A DNA stretch of 64,000 bases from Eledone cirrhosa (taxonomy: Eukaryota), in assembly GCA_964016885.1 (NCBI GenBank), contig OZ024743.1, positions 317,068,001 through 317,132,000 of the forward strand, written 5' to 3'. Positions 53,301-64,000 of this stretch are shown here, piece after piece; the stretch's first letter is position 1, and each line of letters opens with the position of its first letter. The position numbers and the translations under genes were made by a program. Below the pieces are notes generated by a model, which was not told the origin of the DNA, ran no database searches, and worked only from the letters and a program-made list of their open reading frames with translations.

Positions 53301-54699
53301 GATAATTGCTGGCCTTGTGCCAAAAATAGAAACAATTATTATTATTATTATTATTATCTTTGTAAACCCCTAAATTTGATGTAACCTGTTCTAGTAATGT
53401 TCCCTTTATCCAATGCTCCTGTGGTAAATAAATATTATTGTTGTTGTTGGTAGTGGTGGTGATAGTAGTAGTAGTAGAGAGAAAGAGTAGAGACAGCGCA
53501 TCTGTGAACTAGTGGTTGTGGTGTGTTGGTGGTTGTGGTGGTGTTTGTGGTGTAGGTGGTATTCATGTTCGTGGTGGTGGTGGTGGTGTGTTGGTGGTGG
53601 TGGTGGTGTGGTAGTAGTGGTGATGGTGTTGATGTTAGTGTGTATTTGTACAAATCATTCTTAATTTGGTCCAGGATGTTTGTGTATCTAGCAGCAGCAA
53701 CATCACTTCCAGCACCACCATCACTACCACCTCTATTATCACACCCCACCACCTCTATCATCACACCCCCACCACCACCATCATCACACCCCCACCGCCA
53801 GCTGAGATATGTTAAATATATGAACTCCAGGGTAGATTGCACTTGAGCTTTGAAGAATAAGAATCCCCCCACATAACTGAAATATTTGTGACATTGAAGA
53901 GGAGGAAGTCTAGCTTATATAATAAACTTCAACAAATATTATACAGCCTGCACTCACCAAGGACTTCATGTTTATTATGAGGTTCATTCAGAAGCAATGT
54001 GTTATGGCTAGATACCTTACCTTGCAATAATCTTTTTAGCTCCCTCTTATGACTCTCACAGATATTTGGTCTACCTATTTTATTCTAAATTGAGGCGGCA
54101 AATTGGCAGTCATTAGAACATCAGATAGAATACTTTGTGGTGTTCATTTCGGTTCTCTGCTCTCTGAGTTTAAACCCGCCGAGATCAACTTTGCCTTTCA
54201 TCCTTTTGAGGTCGATAAAAAAAAAGTACCAAACCAATGCTGGAGTCAATTCTTCCTCTACATCTCTTTCTCACTTCCTCCCCATCACTCTGGAAGAAAT
54301 CTAATGTGTTCAGATGTGGAGAGAAGATGGGCTTCACCAGATTTTTTTTAAATGCCGTAGCGATGCTGTATCTCAGTCACTACAACGTCCCTACAACTCC
54401 CTGAGGGGTTACGGGACCATACATACATTCTATTCTTAAGGCCATTTTCCCCCTGCTAAAACAAGGATAGTCTTATGGGCTCCACACTCATCAGACTTCA
54501 TCAGAATCTGTTATTTATATTTTTAGGTGTTACTTTCAAATTTATATAATTCCGTAATAATTTCTTATCTGATAAGGAAATGGCAAGAAAAGATGAAGGT
54601 AATAACATATAAAGTTACTTAAAGTTTCCTTTCATAAATACTATTGATGTTAATGTTTAGTTTTAAGGTTGATGTCTGTAAGCAGAGCTGGATTAAAGC

Positions 54700-54995
54700 A
54701 ACTAGGGGCTCTGGGCAAGGGAACATTTGGGGATCTGAAATAGGAGACATTTAAGGCTCTGGGCTAGGGAACATTTAGTGCTCCGAAATAGAGAACATTA
54801 AGGATTCTGAGCTAGGGCACTTTTATGACTTTAAGCTAGGGTACATTTAGGGCTCTGGGTTAGAGGACACCTGTGGCTCTGGACTAGGAAACATTTGGTG
54901 CCCTGGGCTAGGGGACATTTCAGGGTCTAGGCTAGGGGACATTTGGAGATCTGGGCTAGGGGACATTTGGAGCCCTGGGTTAGAGAACATTTCAC
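54700..54995. repeat. Degenerate G-rich tandem repeat (~25-30 bp)
   Basis: Variants of GGCTCTGGGCTAGGGGACATTT. Confidence 0.75.
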
Positions 54996-55845
54996 AGAAT
55001 AATTATTAAAATTGTTGTTTAACTATGAACAGAGTCAGCTTTCATCTTTTATATAACAATGCTAAAGACACTTGTACTTGGCTTGAAGTAGAAATGATGA
55101 CGACAACAACAGCTGAACTCTTCTCATATCAAACCACTTGAAACCACCCCTGGTTCTACAATACAAAACTATTTATTTTTAAATTTTAATTGGTATAAAA
55201 AAAAACCTTCCAATGTGATTTTATAGAAGAACACATGTTAAGCTATACTTCAAATGTCAGCTTATGAGAAAGTTATATGGTTATTTTGAAAATTATAGGC
55301 AGTGTTTTTTCCTTAGAAAAAAGTATTTATAGTCATTTTTCATCATAATTTCATGAAACCAAGGCAGTTGGCTAAGTGGTTAGAGTATTTGGATCACAGT
55401 CGTAAGCGCATGAGTTTGATTCTCAGCAGAACATTGTGTCCTTGAACAAGATGCTTTATTTTGAAAATCATAGGCAGTGTTTCCCTTAGAAAAATGTTTA
55501 AATCGTTTATATTCATCTAAAACTCTTTCATCATAATTTTATTTAAGAAACAACTTAATAATGAGAAAGTTAATTATATTACTAAATCTCCCTAAATTTT
55601 TGATCAGTTTCAAAATTATTTGAAAATCATAGACAGTGTTTTTCATTAGATTGAAAAGGTTAATTTACAGGTAGACTTCACTAACCAACCAACACATCTA
55701 CAATATTGTTTTGATAAGCCAAGAACTGATTATTCTGTAACTTACTAATTAGTTTCTCTCAGAACAGTCGCGAAAAACAGTTGGCAAGATCACAAGGAAT
55801 TCACAAATACAGACATTCCTTGGCAGCAATGTAAGAATGAGAGGG

Positions 55846-56165
55846 AATATTCACTGTTAGTGGGAGAGAAATACCTGGAAGTTATGTTCCATGGTGATAA
55901 ATACACTGAACTGCGGTTACACATGAGTTCTGTGTCAAGAATATTCACTGTTAGTGGGGGGAGAAATATCTCTAAGTTATGTTCTATGGTAATATGTAGA
56001 CTGAGCTGTGGTTACACATAAGGTGTGTGTCAAGAATATTTTAGTGGGGGGAAAATATCTGGAAGTTACATTCTATGGTGGTATGTAGACTGAGCTGAGC
56101 TTACACATGTCAGGAAGATTTACTTTTAGTGGGGGAGAAATACCTAGAAGTTATGTTCTATAGTG
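55846..56165. repeat. Degenerate ~90-bp tandem repeat, about 3.5 units
   Basis: TTAGTGGGGGAGAAATAYCTGGAAGTTATGTTCTATGGT..CTGAGCTG..TTACACAT recurs. Confidence 0.75.
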
Positions 56166-56473
56166 TTACTTCTTTCCACATCCATGGCTAAAAATTTATT
56201 TTGTGTGATCCAAAATGTGAGACAGTCCGCATTAAGGATTCTGAAATATAAATTCCAAAAATAAATGTATTTCTATAGTTGATATATTTCAGTATAGAAT
56301 TGCTTAGGCTAATATGTTTTGTTAAAGATATAGCTGTGTATATCCTGTCTAGAATAAGTACACTATAGTGCTGGACTTACCTATAAGCTATAGGTAAGAG
56401 GGTTAGAGGGCCTCATTTAAAAAAATATATTTTATCTTATCATTACATTTTATTCTTTAACACTAAATTATCA

Positions 56474-56511
<38 letters not shown>

Positions 56512-56698
56512 TGGTATATCGATGTTGTGGTATTATTATGAATTTGGTCACTTTATTCTTGGTGTCACATTTTCTTAACTTTTTGTGTTTACTCTGGATG
56601 AAAATGTATTAACTTTTCACACCATCGAGTGCTTTGTGACTGCCTCAAACAATTCAATTGTTATGTGCTATACTGCAGCTACAATGTCGATTTATATC

Positions 56699-56734
<36 letters not shown>

Positions 56735-56736
56735 CA

Positions 56737-57995
56737 AAAGACCTTAAAATTAACCTGGCTAAGACCAAAGTTCTAGTTTGTAGGAAAGAAAATAAGGCGC
56801 CGGTCCCTTCCGGGAAGTGGCCATGCTCAGTGTGTAGGAAAGGCGTAGGTAGAAACTCCATTTTGTGTCAGAAATGCAAAGTATGGGTGCATAAAAGATG
56901 TAGTGGGATCACAGGTAAGCTAACTAAGAACATAGATTTCACATGTGGCCGGTGCTCTGGTGCAATAAGTAGCAGCAAGTGCCCACAAAATACTAGTTCT
57001 TTCAACTGCGCAGAGGGCTCTATAGAAATAGTGGACAGCTTCCGTTACCTGGGTGACAAAATCAGCAGTGGGGGAGGGTGCTCTGAAAGTACAGTAGCTA
57101 GAGTCAGAACTGGGTGGAAAAAGTTCAGAGAGCTTATACCACTATTAGCCGCTAAAGGGTTCTCCCTAAAAATGAAAGGCAGGTTGTATGATGCCTGCAT
57201 ACGAACAGCAATGTTGCATGGCAGTGAGACCTGGGCATTGTGTGCAGAGGATATACGCAGACTAGAGAGGAACGAAGCTTGCATGCTCCGCTGGATGTGT
57301 AATAGTAATATACGTGAACGGCAAAGCATAAACGAACTAAGGAAAAAATTAGAAATAAGAGGGATCAGATGTTGTTTACTCGAGAGAAGGCTACGTTGGT
57401 ATGGTCACGTGATGCGCATGAAAGTCGATAGCTGTATAACAAAGTGCAGGGCAATAAAGATAGACGGTAGCCACGGAATAGGCAGACCTAGAAAAACCTG
57501 GGACGAGCTGATAAACTCCGACCTCACACACTTACACCTCTCCAAGACAATGTCACTGGACCGAGACCTTTGGCGGTACTCAGTAATAGAAAAGACCCGC
57601 CTTACCTAAATACATAGTAAAACCTACTACAGTCAGTAGGCATCTCTAACAAAATACACCCCGTCCCACCACCCCCACCCCATCCACACCGCCCCCTTCT
57701 ATGTAAAGTTGTGTTGGTGCCACACCATCCAGGCCGAAACAAATGAGATCGTGTAGGTGTCACGACAAAAAAACACACAGTTCACGCTGTAATGTGGCCA
57801 TGTAGGCAACACGGTAAAAACCTCCCAGTCCCACACTGTAAATGTGGTTGGTGTTAGGAAGGGCATCCAACTGTAGAAAGCCTGCCAGACAGTCCTATGC
57901 GAGCAAGACAATCACTCTTGCCTCAAGTGGGAAAACCCTTGTCCAAACCCATGCAAGCGTGGAACACGGACGTTAAACGATGATGATGATGATGA
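56737..57995 (+). mobile_element. 5'-truncated copy of the second RTE family (ORF to 57609, 3' UTR, (GAT)n tail)
   Basis: The protein is nearly identical to the C-terminal part of the 44220 ORF. The ORF-track N-terminus is read-through of the flanking (TTA)n. Confidence 0.92.
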
Positions 57996-58071
57996 TAATG
58001 ATGATCATTATCATATATATATATATATTTGTTTTGCGAGATTTCTTATCTGAAAACATGTGTTGAAACAG

Positions 58072-58331
58072 ATATTGTTATACTTTGGGAGGGTCAATAA
58101 AAACACACAGAACAAACAGGACAGAACAAAGCACAGACACACAAAATAAAAACCTAGTCACTGAGGAGGGTCACAGAATGTGTGACAAAATAGCTTTGAC
58201 AATATATAAACAACCTTCCGGCTATCAAACCAATTAACCGACCAACCAGAAATGTATAATAAATTGAAGTGAAAACTTACAGGTGCATGTGTTTTTATTG
58301 GCAACATGACCCTCCCAAAGTATAACAATAT
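58072..58331 (+). mobile_element. Small foldback element with a decayed hammerhead (58157-58200)
   Basis: Terminal inverted repeats at 58072-58107 and 58288-58331. Internal sequence GTCA CTGAGGA GG GTCACA-GAATG-TGTGAC AAAA TAGCTT TGAC, with GAAA degraded. Confidence 0.6.
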
Positions 58332-58391
58332 ATATATATGTAAATGCATATATATGTATATATATAAATAGGAAAAAGCTTATATATATAT

Positions 58392-58744
58392 CATTCATCA
58401 TTTCATCATCATCATTTCATTTTACGTCCGCTTTTTCCCTGCTTGCAAGGGTGGGACGGGAACTGATTCTGGCTTGATTTCTACAGCTGGATGCCCTTCC
58501 TAACACCAACCTCATTTACAGTGAGTGCTGGGTGGTTTTTTGCCGTGGCACCTCCACGACCACTTTGCAGTGGAATGATAGGGACCCCAGTCCCTATCAT
58601 CTCATATCTACAGCTGAGTAAACTGGAGCAATGTGAAATAAAGTATCTTGCTCAAGGAAACAACACATCACCCGGTCTGAGAATTGAACTCACAACCTTT
58701 CGATTGCAAGGCCAATGCTCTAACCACTAAGCCATGTGCCTCCA
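58392..58744 (-). mobile_element. Same tRNA/CORE-like SINE family
   Basis: Near-identical to 33045-33393. Confidence 0.85.
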
Positions 58745-58761
58745 TATATATATATATATAT

Positions 58762-58815
58762 AAATTGATTAACATATATATAAATAAATATAAACATGAA
58801 TAATCACAGGATTAA

Positions 58816-58855
<40 letters not shown>

Positions 58856-59508
58856 AAAATTAAGATAAATTAAATGAATTTAATCCTGTGATTATTCATG
58901 TTTATATTTATTTATATATATGTTAATCAATTTCTAGTTATTATAAAATGCTCGGACCTACATAATCTTTGAGCTTATTTTCCGGGCGATATGGCGCACA
59001 CCGTTAAGGCATGACATCCACAATTTCGATTTGGATTAAATTCATTTAATTTATCTTAATTTTGGATATAGATATATAAATACGGCTCCTTAATTGTAGA
59101 GCTAACTCTGTTGAAAGGAATTGACTGCTATTTCTAGTTGTCGAATACCTATTCACGCCACTGAGACGAAGCCGCTGTGATGTGTAAAAACAGCACGTGG
59201 TAACGGCAAGTTGAGGATTTTGACTTGCCGTGTAAACATGGATTGCTGTAATATTGTTCTTCCTTGTTTATAATCCAATAATATCCACTTTCTGTGACTT
59301 ACCATCTTATTAATTGGTGAAATATATTTCTTTAATGGAATCAGGGAAGATTAATCATTAAAAGGTATCTATTTTTGAAGTTCTAGTTAACTTTATTTAT
59401 TTGTTACCTACTAGCTATGCGTGGTTACACGCTTGTAGAAATTATCTCCTGTGATTATTCATGTTTATATTTATTTATATATATGTTAATCAATTTCTAG
59501 TTATTATA
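58762..59508. mobile_element. Non-coding element with PLE-style direct and inverted terminal fragments
   Basis: 58884-58945 repeats directly at ~59448-59508. 58762-58818 is inverted to 58877-58933, and 58851-58886 is inverted to 59033-59068. Embedded in (TA)n. Confidence 0.6.
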
Positions 59509-59536
59509 TATGTATATATATAAATAGGAAAAAGCT

Positions 59537-59572
<36 letters not shown>

Positions 59573-59586
59573 TATAAATATATATA

Positions 59587-59921
59587 TCATCATCATCATT
59601 TTTACGTCCGCTTTTCCCTGCTTGCAAGGGTGGGACGGGAACTGATTCTGGCTTGATTTCTATAGCTGGATGCCCTTCCTAACACCAACCTCATTTACAG
59701 TGAGTGCTGGGTGCTTTTCTCCGTTGCACCTACACATCCACTTTGCAGTGGAATGATATGGACCCCAGTCCTATCATCTCATTACTACAGCTGAGTAAAC
59801 TGGAGCAATCTGAAATAAAGTGTCTTGCTTAAGGAAACAACACATCACCCGGTCTGAGAATTGAACTCACAAACTTTCGATTGTAAGGCCAATACTCTAA
59901 CCACTAAGCCATGTGCCTCCA
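59587..59921 (-). mobile_element. Same tRNA/CORE-like SINE family
   Basis: Closely similar to 58392-58744. Confidence 0.85.
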
Positions 59922-59986
59922 TAGGAAGTCTGCTTTTTCCCTGCTTGCAAGGGTGCCTCCATATATATATATATAAATATACACAT

Positions 59987-62780
59987 AGTCAGTGACTCTC
60001 AGTCTGTGACATACTAATAGTACATATGAAGCAACTAAAGAAAGTAATATGTGTAACATATCGGCCGCCCGATGCCCCCAGTCATGAGGGTAAATTTGAG
60101 GATAGCCTCAGTAGGATAGAAGAGGTCCTTGACAAACTGGACCAGAGTCTCAACATTCTACTGCTGGGAGACTTCAACCTGCCAAAGGTCAAATGGCCTG
60201 AGGGCCACCTCCTCCCTGGAATGACGTCATTAGAACAGAGACAGATGGAGTCCCTGCTGGCCCTCACACACAGGCTGTTCATGGAAAAAGCAGTACTCCT
60301 CCCAACAAGAGGCGAGAATGTCCCAGACCTCTGTTTTACAAACAACGAAGTGCTCATCCACGATGTAAAGGTGACACCAACAATTTTCTCGGATCATAAC
60401 TTAGTAGAACTAATGATATGTGATCCACGAGAACCAACAGAAACACAACCATTAAGAAGCACCGGGACCTTATCCAGCCTTAACTTCTACAAGGCTAACT
60501 GGAAAAAGATCAAGAGAGAAATCTGGAAGCAAATATGGAGCGAAAACACCGCCACACAAGACACCAACACACAATTTCAACACTTCATGACAACGATACA
60601 CACTATATGCCAAAAGTTTGTCCCGGAGAAAAAGGCCAACAGACACAAAAATGTTATTCCCAGAGATAGGAAAATCCTTATGAGACGAAGAACCAAGCTC
60701 TCAAACCAGTTGAATGCACAACAAGAAAACAAAAACAAGAAGGAATCCTATTTGAAACGTGCACTACTTGACACTGAGATTGCACTCAAACTTTCCCATG
60801 AAAATGAGAGGGCAAAAAAAGAAAGCAAGGCCATAGAAAATATTAAAACAAACCCTAAGGCCTTCTTTAAATTTGCAAAAGAAACTGCCTCAGTACACTG
60901 CAAGATTGGGCTACTCTTCTATACAGACGGTTCATTAACCGAGAATCCCCAAGAGATAAGTTAAATACTGAATAAACAGTACAAAAGTGTGTTCACATGT
61001 CCACTGAGGCACATGCAAATAACAAAGCCAGAGGAGTTCTTTGATGCCTCAACACTCCATGAAGAAATGGCGACCATCAACCACATAGACATAACGGAGG
61101 AGGATGTGATATACGCCATAGATGAAATTAGAACAGACTCAACTGCTGGACCTGATGAATTCCCAGCAGTGCTCTTAAAACCATGTAAGTGGGCCTTAGC
61201 AACTCCACTGAAGACGCTCTTCGGGAGCTCTTTGGCTAGCGGTATACTACCCAGGGAGCTGAAAGAAGGCACAATATGCCTTATCCATAAAGGAGGTAGC
61301 AGAGCGGAGGCCAAAAACTATAGGCCAGTCTCCCTGACGTCACATATCAGTAAGGTCATGGAGCGAATCATCAGAAAGAAACTGATCACTTTCCTCGAGG
61401 AAAATGATCGCCTGACTAGCACGCAGCATGGCTTTCGCCCAGGAAGAAGCTGCCTTACACAGCTGCTACATCACTACGACTGGGTACTGAAACAACTGCT
61501 AGACAGCTCACATGTGGACGTGATATATCTTGACTTTGCGAAGGCCTTTGACAAGGTCGACCACAGAATGATATGTCACAAACTATATGGACTCGGCATA
61601 ACTGGAAAATTAGGTGAGTGGCTGCATGACTTCTTAAAGGACAGAAGCCAGACAGTCACAGCAAATGGGGCTCTATCAAAGGAAACGTCAATAACAAGTG
61701 GGGTGCCCCAAGGCACAGTCCTGGGACCACTACTGTTTTTGGTTGCTCTCTCAGACATGCCCTCTGTAGTACATACGACAACATCCCTCACTAGCTATGC
61801 TGATGATACTAAGGTAGCACAGGCAATCAAAAACCTGGCTGACGCTGTCCTTTTACAACAAGATCTGGATGTCATATACAAATGGATGGAAGACAACAAC
61901 ATGCAGTTTAATGCTGGCAAATTCCAAGCCCTACATTACAAACCTGCAAACACAAATACAGTACAACACAGTTACGCCGGACCAGGAGGGACCGATATCC
62001 CCGTGTCAAAATCGATACGAGACCTGGGTATAGACATGAGCGATGATGCATCTTTTTTCTCACACATCATCAAAGTAGTGACAATGTGCAGACAACTCGC
62101 CGGCTGGATCTTGAGGACTTTCCGGACAAGAGACTGAGACACCATGTTGACACTATGGAGGACATTTGTCCTAAGCCGCCTGGACTATTGCTCCCAGTTG
62201 TGGTCACCCCATAGTGTCAAACTAACCACGGAGCTTGAGGCAATCCAGCGAAGCTACACCAAGAGGATTGCGACGATGAAGGAGATAAGCTACTGGGAGA
62301 GGCTAAAAGAACTGAACTACTACTCCTTGGAATGAAGACGGGAGAGATACGCAGTGATCTACATGTGGAAAATCCTGGAGGGACTAGCACCAAACTTTGG
62401 CATTGGGAGCTGGACCAACCATCAAACAGGACGTCACTGTGTGGTGCCAAGTCTTCCACATCTAGAATAAGGAGCAGATATTGCAATAGCCTGGGGTTCA
62501 AGGGCCCTCAACTCTTCAACAAGCTGCCGAGGGATTTGAGAGATCTGCATGGTGTGGCCATGGATGTCTTCAAGAAACATCTCGAGACATTGCTATCCAG
62601 GATCCCGGATGAGCCCACAGCAAAGCATGAGGGAAACCTAAGGGCAGCAGCACCGAACTCCCTCTTGCACCAGTGGCCAACCAATACAGGCTGGAGATGA
62701 AATGTGTAGCAACAAGGGCGGTGTGCCAGCATGGCCTCAGCCGGACGGCTGGAACAGGTACACGAGTAAAAGAGTAAAAC
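59987..62780 (+). pseudogene. 5'-truncated CR1/Jockey-group LINE ORF2 (APE C-terminal half plus RT), inactivated
   Basis: Motifs YRPP, LLGDFN, SDHN, NYRPVSLTS, QHGFRPGRSC, YLDFAKAFDKVDH, SGVPQGTVLGP, YADD, LDYCSQLWSP. In-frame stops at 60962, 62135 and 62333, and a frameshift near 62450. Ends in a (GAGTAAAA)2 tail. Confidence 0.93.
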
Positions 62781-62814
62781 GTATATATAAATATATATAT
62801 ATATACATATCTCT

Positions 62815-62972
62815 CTAGGGCGGGTAAAATTCCCACGATCCATGGATGAGTTCTCTCCAGTGGTCTCTGTCCCTCATTATTGCTGCCATGTCCTGCGTCT
62901 CCAAGAGACCAGTGTCTGTCCTTAGGGCATCAACATATGTTAACCTCGGTCTTCCTCTTCCAGTGTGTCCAT
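62815..62972 (-). mobile_element. 3'-terminal fragment of the same RTE family as 12254-15349
   Basis: Closely similar to 12254-12411 and also ends at the TAG stop. Inserted in (TA)n. Confidence 0.9.
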
Positions 62973-63192
62973 ATATATATATATTTTTAAAAAAAGGAAA
63001 AGAATGACTTCACTTGTAGTTCTAAATAATTTGATTTAATTTTATAATATTATAATATTATGATTTGGTAGATCTAGTAAGTTCTTTGTTAACTTCGGTG
63101 GGAAATAAAAGGCAGATTGGTGTTGTGTGTGTGTGTGTGTGCATGTTCCATGTTTATATATTTGCACAATTTCAAACCGATTCGACTCAACG

Positions 63193-64000
63193 TCTGTAAG
63201 AATGTTGTAAATGGTCTAACTTAGGTCAACGACTATTTATTTATTTCAAAATCACCCACAATTATGGAAATAATCGATAAAACTAAATACATGACGCCTT
63301 ACCTCTCTAATACAATCCGATAACCTCTCTCTACTCCCCTTAGAAATCGAAAAAAAAAAATACAAGCTGCAACCTACCCACTCCTTACTAATTTCCTTTA
63401 GAGAGAGAGAAAAAAAATAAAGGAGTGATCCAGAGAGTGAAAGACAGAGACAAACCTTAAATACATGACGCTTAACTCCTCTAATACAATCTGATATTCT
63501 CTCTCTACTCTCCTTAAAAATAAAAAAATAAAAATACATGCTGCAACCTTCTCATATATACGCTTAAGTGAGAGACGGAGACAAACGTTAAATACATCAA
63601 AAGCAACAGATAAATTTATTCAACAACTAGAAAAATAGCGACAAATCTTTTTTTAAAACATCATCTATAATCCAACTCACACACAATTACATTTTGTGTA
63701 TAACATATTTACACGTTTATTGAGTAGAAAAAAAACCACATAGGGATTTTTGGCCAAACAACTTCACATTGCTGACAGAAGCGCGCTTTCAACAAACTGT
63801 GAGTTATGTATTTGCCTCTGTAAGAATGTTGTAAATGGTCTAACTTAGGTCAACGACTATTTATTTATTTCAAAATCACCCGCAATTACGGAAATAATCG
63901 ATAAAACTAAATACATGACGCTTTACTCCTCTGATACAATCTGATTACCTCTCTCTACTCCCCTTAAAAATCGAAAAAAAAAATACATGCTGCAACCTTC
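63193..64000. repeat. 624-bp-period direct repeat with an internal sub-repeat, running off the window
   Basis: 63193-63380 recurs from 63817; a partial copy lies at 63457-63550. Confidence 0.8.

Overview
AT-rich, microsatellite-dense animal genomic DNA, intergenic or intronic. I found no host protein-coding exon I can support. The repeat content (tRNA-derived SINEs with (CAT)n tails, RTE and CR1-type LINEs, long (TA)n arrays) suggests an octopod cephalopod; this is inference only. All credible coding sequence is transposon-derived: (1) an intact single-ORF RTE-type LINE (APE+RT, 12254-15349, -); (2) two 5'-incomplete copies of a second RTE family with a PHD-like Cys finger; (3) a decayed CR1/Jockey-group LINE (~59990-62780); (4) a decayed Penelope-like element (RT+GIY-YIG, Naiad-like) with inverted pseudo-LTRs. 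Non-coding transposons include non-autonomous Helitrons, piggyBac-, hAT- and Tc1-type MITEs, a 96-bp satellite and several minisatellites. There is also a 200-N gap. The most interesting signal is about nine loci, unrelated in sequence, that carry intact or decayed type I hammerhead ribozyme folds. Most sit in short non-coding elements with Penelope-style partial-tandem or inverted architecture, next to (TA)n runs. Together they look like a diverse population of retrozyme-like or non-autonomous Penelope elements. All folds were paired by eye and none has been tested.
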